DNA of 64,000 nucleotides from Acidimicrobiia bacterium (GCA_016871335.1 VFZF01000003.1:63205-127204); one strand, 5' to 3'; positions 37,825 through 48,274 are shown, counted from the first letter of the stretch. Numbers and translations: made by a program. The notes: generated by a model from the letters alone, not told the origin.

Positions 37825-39267
37825 GTGGACCACTCGGCGGCCGGTCATTTCTACGCCAGCCTGGCCCTGCTGGCCGGCGTGGCGCTGCTCTCGCTGGTGG
37901 CGCGCAACAGCAGGATCCGCCGGCGCCTGCACCTGACCGCCATGGTCGCGGGTGCGGCGGTCGTGTTGCACCTGGCGCTCGCCGGCGGCCCCTGGCTCGC
38001 GTCCGTCGGCGCGCAGTTGGCGGTGACCGAACGGCTGCTGCTCACGCTTGGCGTCATCCACGCGACGGTCACCGCCGCCTTTAATCCCTGGTTCGGCGAC
38101 AGTACCCGGGAGCGGACCCCCGGCATCGTCCAGAACGCGGTGGTGCTGGCAGTGTTCGGTGTGTGCGCGACGATGGCCTTCCCCGGCCAGCTGCTGGCGA
38201 CGTCGGCGGTCGGCGCCGTCGTCATGGGATTCGCCGTCCAGGACACGCTCAGCAATTTTTTCGCCGGACTGGCGCTGCAGATCGACCGGCCGTTCAAGCC
38301 CGGCCACTGGATTGAGGTTGGACCATTCCAGGGGCGTGTGCAGGAAATCACCTGGCGCGCGACCAAGATCCAGACCAAGGCCGGCAACCTCGTCGTGGTG
38401 CCCAACAACATCGTCGGCAAGGAAGCCATCAATAACTACTCCGAGCCGGCGGCGCCCACGCGCCTCATCGTGGAGGTGGGCACCGGCTATCAGCATCCGC
38501 CGAATGTCGTGCGCGAGGCCCTGATGGCCGCGATGCGGCGGTGTCCGAGGGTTCTGGCCGAACCGAGGCCTGATGTGGTGATGACCGACTTCGGTGCCTC
38601 GGCGCTCATCTTCCACGCGCGGTTCTGGGTGTCCGACTTCTCGACGGATGCGCGCGCCCGTGACGAGGTGCGCACGGCGATCTGGTACGAGTTCCGCCGC
38701 CGCGGGATCGAGATTCCCTGGCCGATTCAGATTGAGTATCAGCGCGAGGAGGCGCCGGTCGATCTTGATGCACAGCTGGAGCGGCGGCGGAGCCATCTCG
38801 CGGCGGTGCCGCTGCTGGCGCCGTTGCCGCCCGAGGGGCAGCTCGCGCTGGCGGGGGCGGCCACCGAGCGGCTGTTCGGCCGTGGGGAAGCCCTCGTCAG
38901 CGAAGGGGAGCCTGGCGCCTCGATGTTCATCGTGCTGGACGGGTCGGTGGCCGTCACGGTGGGCGGGGAGCGGCGCGAGGTGGCGGTCACGCAGGCCGGT
39001 GGCTATTTCGGGGAGATGTCGCTGCTGACCGGCGACGCGCGGTCGGCGACGGTCACTGCACGGGAGGACACCACCGTCCTGGAAATTTCCGCCGACGCGT
39101 TTGGCGCCTGCGTGCGCAGCCATCCGGCGCTGCTGGGCGCCATTGCCGATGCGGCGGTGGCGCGCCGCCAGGAACTCGACGCCGTCCGGCAGGCGCCCGG
39201 CGCCGCGCGCGCGCCGGCGGCGGCGTCCCTGATCGAGCGGATGCGGCGGTTCTTCCGCGTCCACTGA
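37825..39267 (+). CDS. MscS-family mechanosensitive channel with C-terminal cyclic-nucleotide-binding domain
   Basis: MscS core LSNFFAGLALQIDRPFKPGHWIEV...GRVQEITWRATKIQT...VVVPNN. The cNMP domain reads GEALVSEGEPGASMFIVLDGSV...GGYFGEMSLLTGDARSATVTA. Confidence 0.9.
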   Translation: MDHSAAGHFYASLALLAGVALLSLVARNSRIRRRLHLTAMVAGAAVVLHLALAGGPWLASVGAQLAVTERLLLTLGVIHATVTAAFNPWFGDSTRERTPGIVQNAVVLAVFGVCATMAFPGQLLATSAVGAVVMGFAVQDTLSNFFAGLALQIDRPFKPGHWIEVGPFQGRVQEITWRATKIQTKAGNLVVVPNNIVGKEAINNYSEPAAPTRLIVEVGTGYQHPPNVVREALMAAMRRCPRVLAEPRPDVVMTDFGASALIFHARFWVSDFSTDARARDEVRTAIWYEFRRRGIEIPWPIQIEYQREEAPVDLDAQLERRRSHLAAVPLLAPLPPEGQLALAGAATERLFGRGEALVSEGEPGASMFIVLDGSVAVTVGGERREVAVTQAGGYFGEMSLLTGDARSATVTAREDTTVLEISADAFGACVRSHPALLGAIADAAVARRQELDAVRQAPGAARAPAAASLIERMRRFFRVH

Positions 39268-39449
39268 GTCCGCCAGGGACATCGGGACTGGGACGCGTGA
39301 TCGGCTCCTCGTCCTGCGTCATCGCCTCCGAGAACAACGTGCCGTCGGCAATGGGGGCCGTCCGAGGTTTCGGGGCTTGACCGTCGCAATGGCGGCGGTG
39401 TCTGATGAACGCGTTTGTCCCCGCAAGGGGCGGAACAGGGAGGGTGACG

Positions 39450-40100
39450 GTGAGCAAACGAATCATTGAGGTGGCTGGTGTCGTGGTGCTGATGAGCGTG
39501 GCGACGGCGTGCGGCAAGTCGGCGGAACAGCAGGCGGCCGACGAAGCGGCGCAGGCCGCGGTCACCGCGGCCCAGAATACGGCCGCTTCTGCGGCCGACA
39601 TGGGCAAGACCCTGGAAGGATTCACCAATGCATTGAGCGGTGGCAATGAGGGCACGGCGACCGTCGAACCGGTCACCTTCCAGTCACTGATCGCCCTTCT
39701 ACCTGACGTGAATGGCTGGGAAAAAGAGAAACCCAGAGGGGAGCGGATGACTATCCCCGTGCCGTTTTCGCAGGCGGAGGTCAGCTACCGGAAGGGCGAT
39801 GCGAGTGTGGACCTCACGATTGTCGACACCGGTTTTGCGCAGCTGCTGTTTGCGCCGTTCAGCATGATGATGGCCACCGGATACAGCCGTGAGTCGAGCG
39901 ACGGCTACGAGCGCGCCGTCACCATCGACGGCCATCCCGCGCTGGAGGAATGGCGCAACGACGGCCACAGCGGCGAACTCACGGTCGCGGTTGCCAAACG
40001 GTTTCTCGTGACGGTGCATGGCTCGGCGGTGCCGGATGGGGCCACGTTGCGGACGTTCACGTCGGCAATGAATCTGGGGAAATTGGCCGGACTGAAGTAG
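39450..40100 (+). CDS. Lipoprotein, unknown family
   Basis: GTG 39450 has GGGAGG 6 nt upstream. The signal peptide (M)SKRIIEVAGVVVLMSVATAC carries a lipobox. The ORF-track start at 39405 is less likely. Confidence 0.6.
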   Translation: MSKRIIEVAGVVVLMSVATACGKSAEQQAADEAAQAAVTAAQNTAASAADMGKTLEGFTNALSGGNEGTATVEPVTFQSLIALLPDVNGWEKEKPRGERMTIPVPFSQAEVSYRKGDASVDLTIVDTGFAQLLFAPFSMMMATGYSRESSDGYERAVTIDGHPALEEWRNDGHSGELTVAVAKRFLVTVHGSAVPDGATLRTFTSAMNLGKLAGLK

Positions 40101-40311
40101 ACCGGATGGGGACGCCGGCCCCAGGCATGACACCCTCCATGTCCGACGATGGGAGCGCCCCCCTCAGGCCGGAGCTGGGAGTTGTCCTGGAGAACGTCAA
40201 CCCTCGGCGTGCCTGAGGATGGGCGTGCGCTGTTCTGTCAGCGCGACCGTCGCCTGAGTGCCGTCAGTCGCATCGGGGGCGGGCTTCGATGCGGTGTCTG
40301 TCCGCCGGCAA

Positions 40312-40779
40312 TCAATCAGCACGATGCCGGAAGACCTGCGGAACATATTTCGCCGCGAGGCGGGCAAATCGAACCGGGTAATACAAGGGGAACAGCGCAG
40401 GCGGCAAACTCACCAGCGCCAGATCCGGTTCGGCCGGCGCCCTGAGCAGCGCGGCGTAGTGACGCACTTTGTCCCACGGCGCCTCGGCCAGCCGGGCGTT
40501 GAACCGGGTGAGTTCCATGGTCGTTGGGTGTGCCAGCACGGTGCGTCGAAGGTATGACGTCACGTGCGCCGCAGCAGCGGTGACCGAGCGGTCCGCGCGC
40601 GCGCGGTCGAGCAGTGCGTCTGGACTGCCAGCGTCCAGCACGTCATGCGCAAGCAGAAGTCCCAGCAGCACGGGGCGCGCACATCGGGCGTGTACCGCGA
40701 GATCGAACGCCTCGGTCCAGTCGAGCGTCAGGCGAACCAGGCGCGCAATATCTGCCAGCCAAATCAGGCGCCGGGGGAC
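40312..40779 (-). pseudogene. Remnant of an uncharacterised nucleotidyltransferase (PF14907-like), C-terminal part only
   Basis: RRLIWLADIARLVRLTLDWTEAFDLAVHARCARPVLLGLLLAHDVLDA resembles the C-terminal helical region of that family. The N-terminal catalytic half is absent. Confidence 0.4.
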
Positions 40780-40858
40780 GCCAGAGAGCCTTCTGTACTG
40801 ACTGCCGATGCTTAAGCATCGGCTCCGATCGGGCGTTGAACGCCCCGGGGGAATCGCC

Positions 40859-41400
40859 GTGATCTGTGACCGAGCCCGTCCTGGCGCCATTGAGGCGGAC
40901 ACGGCATGGCGCACCATCGTCAGAAGACGGACCGGGGGGCGAGCGCTGGCGGTGGGGCTCGTCCTCGTGTCGGCCCGCGGAGCCGGTGTTCATGGCGCTG
41001 CAGCCCCGCTGGTCGGGCAGACGCCACGACCGCTCTCGGTCACCGATGCCGGCGATTTCTATTTCTTCGATGGCAAGCCGGTGCATCTGGACCGCGCCAC
41101 ATCCGAATGCGTGGTGGGACTCGCCGATGGGACCGACCCGCAGGCACTCGTCGAGAGCCTGCCAGTGCCTCTTGCTGCAGGGCAGCCCATGCTGGTGAAG
41201 GGGCGGCGGTTCGTCCTGCTGACGCTGCAGGCGTCTCAACCGGCCGTCGGTCTCAAACGGGTACTCGCGGCATTGCGCGCCAGGCCAGACGTGTGGTTTG
41301 TATCGCGTATCTCCTGCCAGCCGGCGACGAACGAGGTGGTCGTGAGGTATGCGGGCGGCGTGAACGCGTTTGGCCGACTCGCGCAGCGAACCCCGGCGCT
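40859..41400 (+). pseudogene. Possible remnant of a secreted-protease N-terminal (pro)domain
   Basis: Strong G/C bias at third codon positions supports this frame. A signal-like RRRTGGRALAVGLVLVSA is followed by FYFFDGKPVHLDRATSECVVGLADG...EVVVRYAGGV. No catalytic domain follows, and the ORF runs through the pnp terminator. The family call is tentative. Confidence 0.3.
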
Positions 41401-41477
41401 TCAACGTGTGTCGCAGCCGAGGACCGAAGGGCCCGTTATGTTCGGGAAAGACCCACGTAATACGGACTATCGGCGAG

Positions 41478-41509
41478 AAAAAAAAGCCGGGCAGGTAAGC
41501 CTGCCCGGC
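41478..41509 (-). terminator. Intrinsic terminator of pnp
   Basis: On the minus strand it reads GCCGGGCAGG-CTTA-CCTGCCCGGC, a 10-bp perfect stem, followed by TTTTTTTT. Confidence 0.9.
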
Positions 41510-41530
41510 TCTCGTGTTGTTCGGCGTGCC

Positions 41531-41560
41531 GGCCGACTTCAAGTTCAGTCGGCCCTACGT
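41531..41560 (-). repeat. Hairpin family 2, third copy (in the pnp 3' UTR)
   Basis: On the minus strand it reads ACGTAGGGCCGACTGAACTTGAAGTCGGCC. It has the same ACGTAGGGC leader and the same CTGAACTTG loop region as the two copies at 7942-8004. The variable stem triplet is different but compensated. Confidence 0.75.
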
Positions 41561-41573
41561 ATTGTGCTCCCAG

Positions 41574-41613
41574 CCCTCCACGCCTCGTTGTGAGGCCAGT
41601 GGGGCAGCGCAGT

Positions 41614-41634
<21 letters not shown>
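41574..41634. repeat. Direct repeat copy B (covers last 7 codons, stop and first ~40 nt of the 3' UTR of pnp)
   Basis: Aligns with 31343-31401 in the same orientation. It contains a small hairpin, CCAC-GCCTC-GTTGT-GAGGC-CA-GTGG. Confidence 0.7.
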
Positions 41635-43815
<2,181 letters not shown>

Positions 43816-43867
43816 GTGTCTTGTCCTTCTGCTCTCTACTGTGTGCTTGTGGTGCGTGCGCGGGAGG

Positions 43868-44134
43868 CTACTTGCGGATGCCGAGGCGCTTGATCAGCTC
43901 CAGGTAGCGATCCGCGTCCTTGCGCTTCACGTAGTCCAGCAGACGACGCCGCTGGCCGACGAGCTTGAGCAGGCCGCGGCGTGAGTGATGGTCCTTCGCG
44001 TGCGTCTTGAAATGTTCCGTGAGGTAGGTGATGCGTTCTGAGAGAATCGCCACCTGCACTTCGGGGGAACCTGTGTCGCCTTCGTGGGTCTTGTAGGTGG
44101 TGATGACTTCTGTCTTACGGTCTTTGGTGAGCAC
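43868..44134 (-). CDS. rpsO: 30S ribosomal protein S15
   Basis: [53 protein letters not shown] start with GAAGGAA upstream. Confidence 0.97.
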   Translation of the reverse strand: MLTKDRKTEVITTYKTHEGDTGSPEVQVAILSERITYLTEHFKTHAKDHHSRRGLLKLVGQRRRLLDYVKRKDADRYLELIKRLGIRK

Positions 44135-44233
44135 GATCTATCGTTCCTTCCACGAGCGCCCCAGAGTGCACGGAAGTGTGCAGGACCAGAACGCCGTAAC
44201 TCTTACCCCAACAAAGGGTTAATTGTAGCCCGG

Positions 44234-45157
44234 TCAGCCGAGCACTGTCGAGGGCTGGAGCAGCCCGCCGCGCAGGTCGGCGAGGGCCACAAGGGCGCCT
44301 GACTCGTCGAGCAGGCGGATCTTCCGGAGGGTGTCCGAAGCCGGAACCCATGGCCCTTCAATCAGTTGCGGGCCGATGGGGTTGCCGTGCCTGACATTGA
44401 CCAGGCCCGCTTCCGACACCCGGACGGCCGGCAGGTCGGACAGGGCCTCGGCCATGGGCACCAGGTGCGCTTCGACCTCCGGGCCCAGCCGCTCGGCCTC
44501 AGCCAGGGGGAGGGCCCGGGTCACGTCGAACGGGCCCGACCGCGTGCGCCGCAGGGCGTCCAGATGGGCGGGGCAGCCAAGAGCCTCACCCAGGTCGCGG
44601 GCCAACGAGCGCACATAGAACCCGGCAGAGACCGACACACGGATGTGGAGCCGGTCGTCCTCGCGCCCCAGCCACTCCCACCCATGCAGCGCCACCGACG
44701 CCCGCTTGAGGTCTATTGGTTTGTCCTGCCGCGCAAGGTCGTACGCCCGCTGACCGTCGACCATCTTGGCGGAGTATCGGGGAGGCAGTTGTTCAAACGG
44801 CCCGACGGTCGCATCGAGGGCGGTGCGTATCGCGTCGTCCGAGAGAACCCGCCCGTCTCCCCACCCACCCAACTGCCCATCCGCCCATCCGCTCACCTTG
44901 ATGGGTTCGCCAGCGGCGTCATCCGTCGTGGTCGCAAAGCCAAACCGAATCGTGGCGTCGTAGGCCTTGTCGTGTCCGGTGAGAAGTGTGGCGATGCGGG
45001 TGGCCTTGCCGAGCATCAGGACGAGCAGGCCGGTGGCTCGGGGATCGAGCGTGCCTGCGTGTCCGATCGATCGCTCGCCGCTGACACGGCGCATCCGGGC
45101 CACAACGTCGTGCGACGTCGGGCCGGATGGCTTGTCGATGAGCAAAACACCGGTCAT
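44234..45157 (-). CDS. truB: tRNA pseudouridine(55) synthase
   Basis: GVLLIDKPSGPTSHDVV...GHAGTLDPRATGLLVLMLGKATR carries the catalytic Asp motif. Confidence 0.93.
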   Translation of the reverse strand: MTGVLLIDKPSGPTSHDVVARMRRVSGERSIGHAGTLDPRATGLLVLMLGKATRIATLLTGHDKAYDATIRFGFATTTDDAAGEPIKVSGWADGQLGGWGDGRVLSDDAIRTALDATVGPFEQLPPRYSAKMVDGQRAYDLARQDKPIDLKRASVALHGWEWLGREDDRLHIRVSVSAGFYVRSLARDLGEALGCPAHLDALRRTRSGPFDVTRALPLAEAERLGPEVEAHLVPMAEALSDLPAVRVSEAGLVNVRHGNPIGPQLIEGPWVPASDTLRKIRLLDESGALVALADLRGGLLQPSTVLG

Positions 45158-45163
45158 GGAAAA

Positions 45164-45218
45164 TGAGCTCGGAGGCGATTCCTCGCCGCATCCAGACGAA
45201 AAATCGCCTCCGAGCTCA
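45164..45218 (-). repeat. Palindromic element family 1, copy 1
   Basis: 17-bp perfect stem TGAGCTCGGAGGCGATT / AATCGCCTCCGAGCTCA with a 21-nt loop. The right arm contains the metK stop codon. On the minus strand it is followed by TTTTCC and then the truB ATG. Confidence 0.85.
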
Positions 45219-46391
45219 GGACACCGCTTTGCGCAGCGCCGCGACCTTGTCGGTCCGTTCCCAGGTGATCGCGTCGAGGTCGGTCGTCTTGCCGAAGTGG
45301 CCGTAGTTGGTGGTGTGCGAGTAGATCGGGCGCAGCAGCTTCAGCGTCTGGATGATCGCCGCCGGCTTGAAGTCGAACACCTTGCACACCGCGTTCAGGA
45401 TGGCCGCATCCGAGATGTTGCCGGTGCCCATCGTGTCGATGTGCACGCTGACGGGATCCGGATAGCCGATCGCGTACGCGAACTGCACTTCACACTTGTC
45501 GGCGAGTCCGGCAGCGACGACGTTCTTGGCGACGTAGCGGCCCATGTAGGCGGCCGAACGGTCCACCTTGGACGGGTCCTTGCCCGAGAACGCGCCACCA
45601 CCGTGCCGGCCCATGCCGCCGTAGGTGTCGACGATGATCTTGCGGCCGGTGAGGCCGGAGTCACCATGCGGACCACCCACCACGAACTTGCCGGTCGGGT
45701 TGATGAGGAACTCGGTCTTCTTGTTCAGCATCCCCTTCGGCAGCACCTTGCGGATGATCTCGTTGATGCAGAAGTCCTCGATGGTCTTGTGCTTCGCGCT
45801 CGCCGCGTGCTGGGTGGAGATGACGACGTTGGTGATTTCGGTGGGGACGCCGTCCACGTAACGGACCGAGACCTGGCTCTTGGCGTCGGGGCGGAGCCAC
45901 GCGACCTTGCCGGCCTTGCGGACCTTGGCGAGGTGGCGGCCCAACCGGTGGGCGAACATGATTGGCGCCGGCATGAGCTCCGGCGTTTCGTTGCTGGAGT
46001 AGCCGAACATCAGGCCCTGGTCGCCCGCGCCCTGTTCCGCCTTCTTCTTGCCTTCGGCCGCGACCGCGTCGACGCCCTGGCTGATGTCGGGGCTCTGCGT
46101 CGTCAGCAGGTTGGTGATGAACACCTTGTCCGCATGAAACACGTCGTCGTCATTCACGTAGCCGATGCCGCGAATCGCCTTGCGGATGACTTCGTTGTAG
46201 TCGAACTTCGCCTTGGTGGTGATTTCACCGGCGATGACGACCTGGTTGCTCTTGACCAGGGTTTCGCAGGCCACGCGGCTGCGTTTGTCCTGGGTCAGGC
46301 ACGCGTCCAGAATCGCGTCGGAGATGGTGTCGGCAACTTTGTCGGGATGGCCTTCACCGACGGACTCGGACGAAAAGATGTACTCACTCAT
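45216..46391 (-). CDS. metK: S-adenosylmethionine synthase
   Basis: [23 protein letters not shown]...[11 protein letters not shown]...[19 protein letters not shown]. Confidence 0.97.
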   Translation of the reverse strand: MSEYIFSSESVGEGHPDKVADTISDAILDACLTQDKRSRVACETLVKSNQVVIAGEITTKAKFDYNEVIRKAIRGIGYVNDDDVFHADKVFITNLLTTQSPDISQGVDAVAAEGKKKAEQGAGDQGLMFGYSSNETPELMPAPIMFAHRLGRHLAKVRKAGKVAWLRPDAKSQVSVRYVDGVPTEITNVVISTQHAASAKHKTIEDFCINEIIRKVLPKGMLNKKTEFLINPTGKFVVGGPHGDSGLTGRKIIVDTYGGMGRHGGGAFSGKDPSKVDRSAAYMGRYVAKNVVAAGLADKCEVQFAYAIGYPDPVSVHIDTMGTGNISDAAILNAVCKVFDFKPAAIIQTLKLLRPIYSHTTNYGHFGKTTDLDAITWERTDKVAALRKAVS

Positions 46392-46428
46392 AGCCGGGAA
46401 AGGCTATCACACGGGCCCCCGTGTGCCT

Positions 46429-47439
46429 CTACTCCTCGGTCTTCCAGTGCCCGGGTGCCGGCATCGCCGGTGCCGCCGCCGTGCCCGTCAGGTGGGCCAC
46501 GATCTGCCGTGCGTGGAACCGGCCGTTTTCGATGAACCAGCGGCCGGTGTTCATGCCGCCGCACACGGTGCCCGCAATGTACACGCCGGGCCGCATGGTC
46601 TCGAATGTCGTGGGATCACACACCGGCGTCTTCACGCCGTCGTCGGCCAGCGTGATCCCCAGGCGCTGAAGGAAATCAAAATCCGGATGGTATCCGGTCA
46701 TCGCAAGTACCCAGTCGTTTGGAATTTCACGCCGCCCGTCCGGGCCGCGGACGATGAGTGCGGTCTCACGAATCTCCTCGACACCAGTGTTGAAGTGCGC
46801 GGTGATGCTGCCTTCCTTGATGCGGTTTTCGAGGTCGGGGCGAATCCAGTATTTGACCCGGTCCGACAGCGCCGGCCCTCGCACGATCAGCGTGACCGCT
46901 GCTCCGTGGCGATGGCAGTCGAGTGCGGCCTTCGCTGCGGAGTTCTTCGCGCCGATCACCGCAACGCGCTGCTGCGCATACGGGAAAGCTTCGCGGTAGT
47001 AGTGTGTGACCTTGGGCAGGTCTTCGCCGGGCACGTTGAGCCTGTTGGGATAGTCGAAGAAGCCTGTGGCAATCACCACGTGTCGGGCGTGATGGGGGCC
47101 GCGACTGGTGGTGATGGTGAAGTCGCCGCGAGTTCCGGAAATCCCCTCGACCGCCTCATACAGCCGCACGTCGAGCGCCTCGCGAGCGGCGACCATCCGG
47201 TAGTACTCCAGCGCGTCCTCGCGGGTGGGTTTGTAGCCGGTGACGGGGAAGGGGTGGCCGCCAATCTCGATCAGGTCCGGCGTGGAGAAAAACTCCATCA
47301 GCGCCGGGTAGCCGAGAATGGAATTGGCGAGGGCGCCTTTGTCGAGCACCCGGGCCGTGAGTCCATGCCGCCGGGCTTCGATGGCACACGCGAGCCCCAC
47401 CGGGCCGGCACCGACAACGAGCAGATCGGTCGGGGCCAT
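46429..47439 (-). CDS. ypdA: YpdA-family FAD/NAD(P)-dependent putative bacillithiol-disulfide reductase
   Basis: LLVVGAGPVGLACAIEARRHGL...VLDKGALANSILGYPALMEFFSTPDLIEIG is collinear with Bacillus YpdA as I remember it. A second dinucleotide motif is VAVIGAKNSAAKAA. Confidence 0.8.
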   Translation of the reverse strand: MAPTDLLVVGAGPVGLACAIEARRHGLTARVLDKGALANSILGYPALMEFFSTPDLIEIGGHPFPVTGYKPTREDALEYYRMVAAREALDVRLYEAVEGISGTRGDFTITTSRGPHHARHVVIATGFFDYPNRLNVPGEDLPKVTHYYREAFPYAQQRVAVIGAKNSAAKAALDCHRHGAAVTLIVRGPALSDRVKYWIRPDLENRIKEGSITAHFNTGVEEIRETALIVRGPDGRREIPNDWVLAMTGYHPDFDFLQRLGITLADDGVKTPVCDPTTFETMRPGVYIAGTVCGGMNTGRWFIENGRFHARQIVAHLTGTAAAPAMPAPGHWKTEE

Positions 47440-47440
47440 G

Positions 47441-47881
47441 TCAGTCCGTTCCCAGCAGCGGATTCTCGATCGTCACATCCGGGAAGCGGCTGAAGTCCCG
47501 GTCTGTTGAATACAGCGTCGTGACGCCGTGCCGCCGGCAGAGTGCCGCGATCCGTGCATCATGAATGGCACCACCGGTCACCAGCGACCGTTCCACCATC
47601 GGCCGCAGGGCGGCCCAGTAGCCCTCTTCCTCGTGCAGGAGCACGAGCGTCGGAGACTCACGCCACGCATCGATCTGGATCAACGCATCCGCCACCGGCG
47701 TCGGCGGTTTGTAGATGCGCGGATGGGTGACGATGGCAAAAAACTCGTGGAGACAGGGCCAGGGAATCGCCCACGCCGACGGCCTTTCGGCGAGTGCCGT
47801 CACCACGGCGTCAGCGTTGAGATGGAACGGGGAGTCTGCGCGGTGCGCGTAGACCAGAATGTTGGTGTCGACCGCAATCAT
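47441..47881 (-). CDS. vapC: PIN-domain ribonuclease toxin VapC
   Basis: MIAVDTNILVY, ...LHEFFAIVT..., IHDARIAALC and LYSTDRDFSRF supply the four acidic PIN positions. The stop lies 1 nt before the ypdA start. Confidence 0.85.
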   Translation of the reverse strand: MIAVDTNILVYAHRADSPFHLNADAVVTALAERPSAWAIPWPCLHEFFAIVTHPRIYKPPTPVADALIQIDAWRESPTLVLLHEEEGYWAALRPMVERSLVTGGAIHDARIAALCRRHGVTTLYSTDRDFSRFPDVTIENPLLGTD

Positions 47882-47885
47882 CGGC

Positions 47886-48119
47886 TCAACCCAGCCGGTA
47901 GATGGTGTCGCGGATGGACTCCCAGTCAGCATCGTGGCGGAGCAACCCCTCGCCCCTGAACGTGTGCTTCTTCAGGCGGAAGGGGACTCGTGCCGAGCTC
48001 TGCGCCAGGCGCTGCCGGAGCGCTTCCTCCACCACCTCCCGCAACGTCTTCCCCTCGCGTTGCGCCTGCCGCTTCGCCCGCACAAGCACGTCATCGGCAA
48101 TCTCGATGGTTGTCTTCAT
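47886..48119 (-). CDS. vapB: VapB-type antitoxin
   Basis: MKTTIEIADDVLVRAKRQAQREGKTLREVVEEALRQRL. Length is 77 aa. It ends 4 nt before the vapC start. Confidence 0.7.
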   Translation of the reverse strand: MKTTIEIADDVLVRAKRQAQREGKTLREVVEEALRQRLAQSSARVPFRLKKHTFRGEGLLRHDADWESIRDTIYRLG

Positions 48120-48146
48120 ATGGGTACCCAGATTACACCGCATTTT

Positions 48147-48168
48147 CGGACTGCGGACTGTCGGACTG
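48147..48168 (-). promoter_or_regulatory. Three tandem CGGACTG heptamers upstream of vapB (candidate operator)
   Basis: CGGACTG occurs at 48147-48153, 48154-48160 and 48162-48168, which is 28-50 nt upstream of the vapB ATG. A TGTAAT -10-like hexamer (minus strand, about 48132-48137) lies between them and the start. A hairpin at 48166-48185 overlaps the last unit. Confidence 0.35.
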
Positions 48169-48274
48169 GGGACGAGCGTCCCCAGCACACGCGACGGTAC
48201 GATCCGCGTCACAAGACGCGCTCCCGGAAATCCGCGGAATCGATCGACGGCACCGGCCGGCTGCTGATGTCCGG

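Noticed and set aside
39319-39331. 12-nt match (ATCGCCTCCGAG) to the right arm of palindromic family 1, downstream of the MscS gene
   Set aside because: No complementary left arm is present nearby. A single 12-mer match in GC-rich DNA could be chance, so it was not counted as a copy. It could be a decayed half-site.
46392-46428. Possible SAM riboswitch upstream of metK
   Set aside because: Only 37 nt separate the ypdA stop from the metK start. That is enough for one short hairpin (CACACGG/CCGTGTG) but far too short for any known SAM riboswitch class.
44967-46535. 522-aa plus-strand ORF, and similar long ORFs at 56685-58082, 58137-59462, 61712-62980, 37546-39282, 9783-11051 and 25981-27453
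   Set aside because: Each lies antisense to a confidently identified gene (metK, rimO, asnS, degP-like, MscS, OmpA-family, PRTase region). Each has shadow-ORF composition.
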